Shown in pieces: positions 45,601 to 55,592 of a stretch of 64,000 nucleotides of DNA. The stretch spans positions 67,952,001 to 68,016,000 of the forward strand of contig OZ024740.1 in NCBI GenBank assembly GCA_964016885.1, given 5' to 3'. This DNA comes from Eledone cirrhosa. Its lineage: Eukaryota. Within the stretch, counting starts at the first letter, position 1, and every line of letters begins with the position of its first letter. A program made the translations under genes and the position numbers. The notes below the pieces were generated by a model. That model made no database searches. It worked only from the letters and a program-made list of their open reading frames with translations, and was not told where the DNA came from.

Positions 45601-45720
45601 TGGTTACTTAACCACCGGTGAATTACTTGTCTCCGGTGGTTTCGTCACTCCACGGGACTTTTGTGTGGCATTATCACGCTGTAGACGAACGCAAATAAAC
45701 AAACAAACAAACAGGCAGAA
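42619..45720 (-). mobile_element. R4/Dong-clade LINE family C lacking its own 3' end
   Basis: ORFs 45281-45568 (WTKELN..MQCY, Myb-like), 43271-44983 (570 aa; WKSPGPD, YRPITCL, IDYKKAFD, GIFQGDSLSPLLF, LLFVDD, YKYLG), 42926-43162 (DRLYLRRSEGGRGL), 42531-42833 (CRIFG..ETVAHIVSEC..RHD). Confidence 0.92.
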
Positions 45721-45879
45721 AAAATCCAAAAAATGAATAAGCATAATTTTCATTGTAATATAGTGTTTGAATGTCTGACTCAGTTTTTCCCTTCCCTTCT
45801 CTGTCCGTCCGTTTGTTTTTCTCTTCATTTTTATTTCCTTTACGTTTTTCGTTGTTGCTGTGCTGCTTTGATTTTTATT

Positions 45880-46670
45880 TTTGTTTTTTTTTATTTTGAC
45901 CGTGTCATCAATTGAGTCTATTTATATATTTTGATGCCTTCCTATTTTAGTGAGACTTCTACAATGTATCAGGTGCTAGCGGGAGAGAATAGCGGCGGTA
46001 GTGACAATGAGGCAGCGGCGGCGGCGGCGATGGCGGTGCTGTGCCAGCAGCAACTAGCAGAGGGTAGTGGGAGAGAATAGCGGCGGTAGCGATAATGAGG
46101 CAGCGGCGGTGGCGATGTGGTTGTATTACTGTAGCGATGGTGTTGAAGATGGAGTAGAAATTTGAGTCGACTTGACCAGAGTTTTCATCGTGGCAGTGGT
46201 GGTGGCACTGGTGGTGAAATTATCTTTAGTGAAATTATCATTAGTCGCGTATATGTGTTGACATATTTTCTTAATATTGGATTTAACCATTTTGTTAAAA
46301 CTAAAACTTGATTTTGAATATTGTTTTTTTTTAATTTTGACTGGGTCATCAAGTCAATCTATTTATATATTTTGATGTTTTCCTCTTTTAGTGAGAATTC
46401 TACAATGTAGCAGGGGGTAGCGGGAGAGAATAGCGGCGGTAGTGATATTGAGGCAGCGGCGGCGGTGGTGTGGTCGTATTACTGTAGTGATGGTGTTGAA
46501 GTTGGAGTAGAAATTTGAGTCGACTTGACCAGAGTTTTCATCGTGGTAGTGGTGGTGGTATTGGTGGTGAAATTATCTTTAGTGAAATTATCGTTAGTCG
46601 CGTATATGTGTTTACATATTCCCTTAATATTGGATTAAACATTTTGTTAAAACCAAAACTTGAGGCAATA
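45880..46670. repeat. Diverged ~430-bp tandem duplication with GCG-rich subrepeats upstream of Dong C
   Basis: 45890-46310 resembles 46330-46665 (gggagagaatagcggcggtag, gagtagaaatttgagtcgacttgaccagag). Confidence 0.8.
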
Positions 46671-47088
46671 GTAATAGTAATTATTATTATTATGCTGAGA
46701 TTGGTGGTGGTGGTGGTGAAATTGCCGTTATCTGGCTGTTCTGTTTAGTGTACACAGGGGGGTGATGGGGTAGGTGGTGTATCTAGTTTCTGATGTTGGT
46801 GAAATTGCTGTTATTTGGCTGTTCTATATAGTGTAGACAGAGGGGTTTTCTTCCATTTATAACCATTTTCTTTTTTGAATATAAAATGTATAATACAAAA
46901 TTGAATATTTGAGCGATATAACAATATATTGTGGATCCGAATTTTTTGGGACTCAAGCTGGATGTTTTATGCAACATTTGTACTAAGAATTGTTATTTCA
47001 CAATTGATTTAAATATGTTAAAAAATCAAAACTTACGGGAGCGATTTCTCGACATTCTATCCACAATGTGTGTCTTCTTATTATTATA

Positions 47089-47091
<3 letters not shown>

Positions 47092-47178
<87 letters not shown>
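47092..47178. repeat. (TAA)n microsatellite, Dong target array (others at 41556-41578 and 51521-51588)
   Basis: Directly visible; abuts the Dong 3' end. Confidence 0.95.
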
Positions 47179-47179
<1 letters not shown>

Positions 47180-50100
47180 AGTTGCATTTATCTTGCTTTA
47201 TGTTCATACGAGTTATCACCAAGTCACAACCAGTGACCTCAAGAGACAACAAGGTCCGCCATGTTCAAGAAAGAACATACATACTCACACATGCATCTTT
47301 AGTATTTAGACTTGTAATGTACTTATATTGACAGATTCTTCCTTAGTATATGGGCAGTTCCCATTAGTACTATCTTTTGTATTTCTCCTATACGCGGGTT
47401 TCCTGGGATTTGCGATAAGTAATCATTAGACCCCTTAGGTATCATTCCCAGAGCGCCTACAACCATTGGTATTGTTTTAGTTCTCAATTTCTACATTTTT
47501 CCAATTTCTATCTCCAGGTCCTTATACTTGCTCAAATTTTCAAATGTTTGTATAGATACATTCTTGTCTATTGGAACAGACATATCAATTAGTAGGCATA
47601 CCTTCATTTTAAAGTCCTTCAATATTATATCAGGTCTATTTGCATCTATTTTTCGGTCTGTTTGGAAGCTAAAGTTTCACAAGATTGAGATGTGATCTTT
47701 TTTTTTCAAGTATGGGAGGTGGTTGATGCTCCCACCAATTCTTTTGATGGGGCAGGTCAAAATGCTTACACATTATCCAATGTATGTATTGTGCAGCTCT
47801 GTCATGCCTGCTTAGGTATTCGGTTGGAGCTATAGGACTGCACATTGAAATTATATGGTCAATGGTCTCTGGTTGTTTTTTGCATACACGGCATAATGGG
47901 CTGCATCCATTTTTTATTATGTTGGCTTGGTAATTTTTTGTTGGCAGACACTGATCTTGTGCTGATATAATCAGTCCTTCAGTCTCCGATTTCAGTCCAG
48001 AGGATGCCAACCAGTGATGGGTTAAAATTTTGCCTACATCAGGATTGTTAGCTCGCTCTGGGTATTTTCCATACAGAGGCTTTTCTTGCCATTTCTTAGC
48101 CAGTTTCTGTAGCAGTTCTTTCTTTGCAGTTACTTTTACCTGCTTTGCTTTTTCTGTGTTTTCCATTTCAGCAGTAAATGGGACTTCTGAAATTTGTAGT
48201 CCATTACTGTATCTTTGTGCATCTTTTGTAATGGAAAATGATCTTTTGATGCTTTCGTGTTTCAAAACGAGTTTGATCATCCAATCATGTGATTCCCTTA
48301 GATATGTAGATAATCCAATTCGTGCAGTTTTCAACGCAATGTCTAACTGGATTAACCCACGTCCTCCTTCTTTCCTAGGGAGATATATTCTATCTATATC
48401 TGCATTAGGGTGATGCATTGTGTGCATGGTTAAGAATTTTCGAATGTTTGTATCGAGCCTACGGATCTCTGTGCTTGACCAGTTGATGACATTGTAACTG
48501 TAGGTTACTACTGGTATGGCAAGCGTGTTTATGGCATCGATCCTATTCCTTGCATTCAATTCCGTTCTTAAGATTTCTCTTATTCTGCGGTAACATTCCC
48601 TCCTTATCCTTTCCCTCATTGTCGAGTGCTTGATTCCGTCTCCTTCACAAACACCTAGATATTTGTAAGTTTTTTCTTGATCAAGTTCTCTTATCACGTT
48701 CCCCCGATCAAGATTAATGTCTGAACTCTTCAGCAGATTTCCTCTGGTGAATGTTGCTTTGGCGCATTTATCTAGTCCAAACTCCATTTTAATGTCATCA
48801 CTGAACTGCTCCGCAGTGGATAATAGCCCTTGCAATTGTTCATCATTTTTTGCAAATAGTTTCAGGTCATCCATGTAGAACAGGTGATTAATGGTTTTGT
48901 CATAGACTTTATATCCATGTTTTGTTTCATTGGGCATTTTACTTAATGGTATAAGTGCGATGCAGAATAAAAGCGGTGATAAAGAGTCACCCTGAAAAAT
49001 TCCACAATTAATATTAACTTCTCCAGCTTCCAGTAATTTTGTTTTACTATTCAAAAGGAGTGTCGTTTTCCATGTCTTCATACTGAATGACAAAAACCTC
49101 CTGACAACGGGGGATATTTTGAAAATCTCTAAACATTTTTCAATCCAACTGTGTGGCAAACTATCAAATGCTTTTTTATAATCTATCCAAGCAATCGATA
49201 GATTTTTGTGTCTATTATGACAATCTTCCAGTATCATTTTGTTAACCAGAAGCTGATCCTTACAGCCATATGAGCCTCGTTTACAGCCTTTCTGCTCAAT
49301 GGGAAATAGGTCATTTGTTATCAGGTGGTCATATGTGTATTCAGTTAGGTCTGATGTTAAAATGTTATACATTGTGGTCAAGCAAGTTATCACCTGTTGA
49401 TTTTATACTGTACTTTTTTTTCAATTTTCTAAGTTTAGTTTGTTTAACATGTTCACCTACTTTATAGTTTGTTAACATTTCTATGTCAGATCGGAGAAGG
49501 TTTATTTGGCGATTGATGTTCTCTTGCCAAGTAGATTTTTTGTGGGAATTCCTTTGTTTTTTCATCTTCACTCCTCATAAGTGAGTGGTAACTTTAGCCG
49601 TTGCATAATAGAGATGATTTAAATCAGTAATGTTTAGTTTGTTTGTGATGATAATGTTTTTGCTAATTATGTTAGTCTTGTGTATTATCTTTTGGTTCTG
49701 TTTGGAATTCTGGATCTTAGGGAGGGTGTCTCGTTGCCCCATGTCAGATTCTTTCATTTTCATCCATTCGATCATAATTTCATCCTTCAAGTTGGCAAGT
49801 TCATTCTCATTCATTTCTTTATCATTTACGATCTCATTATTTTCATTTGGAGTTTCATCTTGAGCATGCACTCCCTCCACTTTTTTTATCCTTTCTTTAA
49901 TTTGTTCTGTTGCCAGTGATTCCGCCCCAACACTGGGATTCGAAGTGTTACAGTTTACCTCGTTTTCACTGACACATGTTTCATTTTCCCTTCGCTGACT
50001 TTGTGCTAATAGCTTGATCTGATCAATTTCTATATCAGTTAGTAACTTTTTTCTTACAATATTTCTTCGTATATTGGCTAGTTTGTTACTGTCAATATAG

Positions 50101-50620
50101 CCTCTGTTTTCGGGATGTTTCTTTTTCCAGTTGATATATGTCTGTTCTGTATTCGATGTATTTGATGGGTAGTACATGGCAGTGTAGAAAGCCTCAAGGA
50201 CTTCTTTATTATCTTCCCTTGACCATTTTTCTCTCTTTTTCTTTGTATTTGTTGGTGGTGAGCATGGAGGGCCAATAGTAGGAGTATTCCGGTTATGGGA
50301 GGTCTCCAGCTCCGAAGTGATGGGAAGGTTTGAACCATTAGCTGATTTTTCGACCCCAGTCTGGTTCCTCTCTGAGGGACGCGGCCCTTTTTTACCCGGG
50401 TGACGGCCGATCCGGTATGAGATCTTATCATTAGACATTTACTTTATTTTGTCGCGTTTTATCCTCATCCGCCAAGGGGCAATCATTTCGTGTTACCACT
50501 TCTAGAACGAGTCTCAACCAAGGCTAGAGGGGTCGTTCTCCCCTAGAGACACGGCTATTCCCCGCCGGCCGCCATCCCGGTATTTCTTGGTCACGGGGTT
50601 TTCATTTTGTTGTTTTTTTA
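47179..50620 (-). mobile_element. R4/Dong-clade LINE family B, near full length, with an internal deletion at ~49393
   Basis: ORFs 49575-50438 (REKWSREDNKEVLEAFY), 47669-49393 (574 aa; QKGCKRGSYGCKDQLL, WIDYKKAFDS, GIFQGDSLSPLLF, FYMDD, CRVC..ETIDHIISMC, RHD), RLE in another frame to ~47326; the segment before ITCL that is present in family C is absent. Confidence 0.93.
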
Positions 50621-51520
50621 AATTGTTATTATCATGAGTGGTTCCTTAATGTGAGCATTGCGTGGCTTAAGAATGAAATTATTAATAATTGTCTCCTTTC
50701 CAGGCACAAGGCCAGCAATCACCCAGTGCATTACAATAATATAATATACTTTTTGCTGAAGTTGCCTGTTATTGTTGTTGGCTATGTCGGTGGTGGTGCC
50801 GGGGCTTTTTATATTGTTGGTGAGGAAGGGGTGAGCCAGCAATCCTATAGTTGTTGATGTTGACGTTTGGCCGGTGGCCAAATTTATATCTTTTGCTAGC
50901 CTCTCCCTTGTCTAGTGATACCGCCACCTTCCCCTTTTTCTCTCAAGTTAACAGGGGAATAGTGGTGGTAGCAATGAAGGAGTGGTGGCGGCGGTGATGG
51001 GATAGTGGTAGCAATGATGGATGGGGTGGTGGCGGCGGTGGCGTTGTCGTTACTGAGTTTTGTGATATGTAGTATCTATGAGTTTGTGTTCGTATGTTTA
51101 ATATATATTGTGTTGACATATTCCCGTAAAATTGGAATTAAACATTTTGTTAAAACTTGAGACAATAATAATAGTAATTATTATTATGATGCTGGGATTG
51201 ATGGTGGTGGTGCTGAAATTGCCGTTATCTGGCTGATATATTTAGTGTGATGGGATAGGGGGTGTATCAAGTTTCTGGTGTTGGTGAAATTGCTGTTATT
51301 TGGCTATTCTATATAGTGTAGACAGAGGGTGTTTTCTTCCATTTATAACCATTTTCTTTTTTTGAATACAAAATATATAATACAAAATTGAATATTTGAG
51401 CGATATAACAATATAATATGGAGCCTAAATTTTATGGGACTTGATTCGGTGGTTTATGCAACATTTGTACTAAGAATTGTTATTTTACAATTGATTTAAA
51501 TATGTTAAAAATCAAAAACA

Positions 51521-51589
<69 letters not shown>

Positions 51590-51591
51590 AT

Positions 51592-51782
51592 ATGAATTAC
51601 ACAATTATCAAAGTTATGTTCAAATCATTTTATTGGCGACAAAAGCTCCTTCCAAACTTTCGTTTGGAATCATCGGGGCATTACCAATGTTTCTACATCG
51701 GAGCATTAGCAAAGTTAGGAAGAAACGATTGTCAGCAATAAAATGATTTGAACATAACTTTGTCAATTGTGTGATTTATGTT
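51592..51782. repeat. ~55-bp inverted repeat enclosing a decayed hammerhead-like hairpin
   Basis: acacaattatcaaagttatgttcaaatcattttattg versus caataaaatgatttgaacataactttgtcaattgtgt; internal ttccaaac(tttc)gtttggaa hairpin beside tcatcgg. Confidence 0.6.
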
Positions 51783-51950
51783 CCTGCTCTGTAAAACACC
51801 ATGTTCTTACATTGAGCTATTTCATTGACTCGTAATATGGTTGTAATAAATTACTGACCTTTCCTGGTTATATTTGTTTATAGTATATACATAACTATAA
51901 ATAGTATCATTATTTTATATATATATATAAGGCAGTGGATATATATATAG

Positions 51951-52330
51951 GGCAGTGTATTGGCAGTATCAGTAGAGGGTCGGACGCCATGCTTTCCAGC
52001 ATAGTTACGTCCCTTTACGATCTGAGTTCAAATCCCGCGCAGGTGGAATTTGCCTTTCATCCTTACTGGGTCGATAAAATAAAGTACCAGTAATGCACTG
52101 GGTAATTGCTGGCCTTGTGCCTAAAGTAGAAACAATTATTTTATATATATATAAGGGCGGTGAATTGGCAGTATCGGTAGAGGGACGGACATGCTTTCCA
52201 GCATAGTTACGTCCCCTTATGATCTGAGTTCAAATCCTGCCGAGTGTTTCATCCTTACGGGGTCGATAAAATAAAGTACCAGTAACGTATTGGGTAATTG
52301 GTGGCATTGTGCCAAATGTAGAAACAATTA
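51951..52330 (+). mobile_element. Two tandem tRNA-derived Meta-like SINEs (51951-52140, 52156-52330)
   Basis: Two complete head-core-tail units separated by a short (TA)n. Confidence 0.85.
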
Positions 52331-52333
52331 TTT

Positions 52334-52364
<31 letters not shown>

Positions 52365-52460
52365 GTATGTATATATATAAGCAAAAGGGATATTTAATTT
52401 GTTGGTAATTCAACAAATATATATGTTTATAACTGTTTATAACATTTTCTTCTGGAGTAT

Positions 52461-52775
52461 AATATCAATGATATTAAATAAATGGAAACTATATTTATGA
52501 AACGATATTTATTCTATTATATATATTTCAAGGGTACCAAAACTTTGGTACGCTCTCATCAGATAAAATACAAAGTTTGTTTAATAAATATTGACATATC
52601 CAGGAAAAACTTGAACCGTTCAGATCTTTTTCCTGGATATGTTAATATTTATAAAACAAACTTTGTATTTCATCTGATGAGAGCGTACCAAAGTTTTGGT
52701 ACCCTTGACATTTATATAATAGAATAAATATGGTTTTATAAATATAGTTTCCATTTATATAATATCATTGATATA
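52461..52775. mobile_element. ~315-bp palindrome made of two divergent hammerhead-bearing pLTR ends
   Basis: Centre tgaaccgttca at ~52617; minus arm ttat-CTGATGA-gagcgtacca..tggtaccct-t-GAAA-tatata-TA-atag at 52515-52566; plus arm has GACA instead of GAAA. Confidence 0.85.
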
Positions 52776-53057
52776 TATATATATATATTAAAATAGAAAT
52801 TGCGTAGACAATACAGGAGGGGGAAACATAATAGTACCACTGATGATGTGGCAGATGTGCAACGAAAGAACTTTGATAGACTATAAATATATAATTATAT
52901 CTGTAAATTTAACCGCTGATCAATCAATGATAACCATTGATTGTCAAATAAACTAATTATGGAGATATAAAAGATACAGAAGCGAAAGCAACCAAACAGT
53001 GAGTGTGTTCTTTTATTATTTCTAGCAATATTACAACAACATGACCCTCCCCAAATA

Positions 53058-53105
<48 letters not shown>

Positions 53106-53264
53106 AACCAGTAAGACCCCGACAGCTGAGCTCAAGCCGTTTCGACGGCTAATTCTGGACTAACTGATATAGAAAGACTGGTTCCTATTACCCACTCTAC
53201 TACCTCAAGTATTGAGTACTTTGGTGCGTTATGGTCCACCTGGTTCCTTACCACATTTCCTTCG

Positions 53265-53327
<63 letters not shown>

Positions 53328-53640
53328 TTTTGAGTTTATGTTGAGTGTATACCAACACCTCAGTATGCAGGCTGGAGCACTCGACGAAGTGCGCAGGTTG
53401 GTCTGGTTACTCCGGAGTAGTGTAAAATAAAGTTAAATAAAAAGTCAAATGATTAAAATTAGGCTTCGTTTATCACTGCTATATATATATATCAGTGACA
53501 GCCATCTTTGGCTGTGACCTCTTCAGGCAGTTTGAATTAGTATGGTATAGACAAGTACATATGTTGTTGAGGTGTATAATATTGTCAATACTCTGATATG
53601 CCCAGTTCCTGGTTGGGTTGTTATTTCACTGAGGAACTGG
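53328..53640 (-). mobile_element. PLE pLTR-like repeat with hammerhead (copy of 17130-17440)
   Basis: actgc-CTGAAGA-ggtcacagcc..ggctgtcact-GATA-tatatata-TA-gcagt at 53475-53531. Confidence 0.65.
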
Positions 53641-53734
53641 AATCATATTATGATATGATTCCAGTTCCCCAGTGAAATAATTTTGACTCATTTGACTTTT
53701 TATTTAACTTTATTTTATATATATATATATATAT

Positions 53735-53855
53735 GGTGAAGGCGTGTGGCTGAGTGGTTAGAGAATTGGATTCGTAATCGTAAGGTTGTGAGTTCGATTC
53801 CTGGACCAGGCGATGCGTTATGTCCTTGAGCAAGACACTTTATTTCACGTTGCTC
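53735..53855 (+). mobile_element. tRNA-head SINE with CORE-like domain, 3'-truncated
   Basis: A box tggctgagtgg, B box gagttcgattcc, then gtccttgagcaagacacttta; degenerate relatives at ~33520-33820(-), 34270-34720, 38470-38560, 39180-39480(-). Confidence 0.7.
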
Positions 53856-53975
53856 TTTCTACCTGCAGTTGCGACCGATAGATAGTATTAGCAATTGGAA
53901 AGACCAAGGGAAACATTGTTCCCTCGGTCCGATTTGACGAAATTCGACCGTTAAAAATATCTATATATCTATATA

Positions 53976-54009
<34 letters not shown>

Positions 54010-54114
54010 AAAAGAGTCAGGACCCGGACGGTTGAGTTCCGGCCATTTCGACAGCTAGATCCTTCAATGGTCCACCTGGTTCCTTACCACACTTGTTATA
54101 CATATTATATAAAA

Positions 54115-54490
54115 CTGGTGTGACATTAATCGGTATGACTGCACCCTCAATGACTATGTCAAGTGTAACTCTATGCAGAGTGACTATGTCTGATATGAAT
54201 ATATCTGTTGAGACTCTCAAGACTGATAAAGTGACCGGATATAGTCACACAGAATATAGTCACATTCGATATAGTCACTCCAGTCATTGTCACTTCGGAT
54301 ATAAATATATTGTCATATACACACTGGACATAATCACACTGGAGATAGCAACTTCGGATTTAGTCACACCGAATATAGTTACACCGGATACATTCTCACC
54401 GGATATTGTCACATAATATATAGTCACATCGGATATAGTCACACCAGAGAGTCACACCGGATATAGTCACAACGGATACAGTCACATCCA
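54115..54490. repeat. 15-bp-unit minisatellite (agtcacaccggatat) in two oppositely oriented arrays
   Basis: Right part repeats gtcacacc.gatata; left part repeats the complement gtgactat. Confidence 0.75.
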
Positions 54491-54494
54491 TTTC

Positions 54495-54780
54495 AAAACG
54501 TCCATCACCCTTGGTGCCAAGTCCAGATGCATAAGGAATGAAGAGGAGCGTATCCGGAATAAATGCAGCACCACAGGAGACCGAGACACATTTCTTGGAA
54601 GTGCTTAAACTAAACGGTTACTCGACATCCACCGTGATTCACGTTAGAAATAACAAACACCACGTTCGAAGCACAAACGTTTGCTTCCTGAAGCTCCCAC
54701 ATTTCAGTGATGACCCAACAATAACCACCCACAGGGCTATCTGAAGAGAAGGACTAAACTTACAACTTGCATCGGACACT
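54495..54780 (+). mobile_element. Possible PLE RT thumb/linker fragment
   Basis: IRNEEERIRNKC / FLEVLKLNGYS...FLKLPHFSD resembles the L..NGY...LP(Y/F) motif of PLEs. Confidence 0.4.
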
Positions 54781-54968
54781 GGAATAGTTCCTTTATTTTC
54801 CTCAGTCGAAGAGTTACTAATATTGAAATATCAGGTCATATGAATAAATTAAGGAAAAAAAAACCAACCCAACATTTAGTGCTTTTTGCCTTTTGATTTT
54901 TTCTCTGTCCAAACCTGCATTGTCGTGGCTTTCCAAGTTCGAATTATATATATACATACATACATACC

Positions 54969-55048
<80 letters not shown>

Positions 55049-55112
55049 TATGTATATATATATACACATACATTTATATACATAAGTATATATAAATATA
55101 AATATATATAGT

Positions 55113-55173
<61 letters not shown>

Positions 55174-55229
55174 TATATATGTATATATATATATGTATAT
55201 ACATGTATATATGTATATAAATAATATGC

Positions 55230-55261
<32 letters not shown>

Positions 55262-55554
55262 AGTTAAAAGAATAGAGGTGTAACACACAAGTTATTATAT
55301 ATTGGTAAACGGAATAGAAAATGCTGACAAATTGTTCACAGTTGAAAAATGGTTTAATTAGGAATAAAAGAGTATTAGTGATTGTATGGGTTAGTATTCA
55401 GTTGTGGTTTTAAGTTTTTAAGTTTTTACCGGTTGCGCATTTCTAAATGCTTTTCAAAAATAATTTTGAGATAGAGTGTCCGTGCTGTTTGCTCTGATCT
55501 AATTAAACCATTTTTCAACTGTGAACAATTTGTCAGCATTTTCTATTCCGTTTA

Positions 55555-55560
<6 letters not shown>
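55262..55560 (-). mobile_element. Short solo pLTR of the 14886 family with a 60-bp inverted end
   Basis: 55262-55500 is essentially identical to 14886-15123; 55500-55560 is the reverse complement of 55300-55360; flanked by (TA)n. Confidence 0.85.

Positions 55561-55589
<29 letters not shown>

Positions 55590-55592
<3 letters not shown>

Noticed and set aside
53735-53810. tRNA gene
   Set aside because: A and B boxes present, but it continues into a SINE body and lacks a proper acceptor stem; treated as a SINE head
54230-54490. CRISPR-like array
   Set aside because: Units are contiguous with no unique spacers, no cas genes, eukaryotic context
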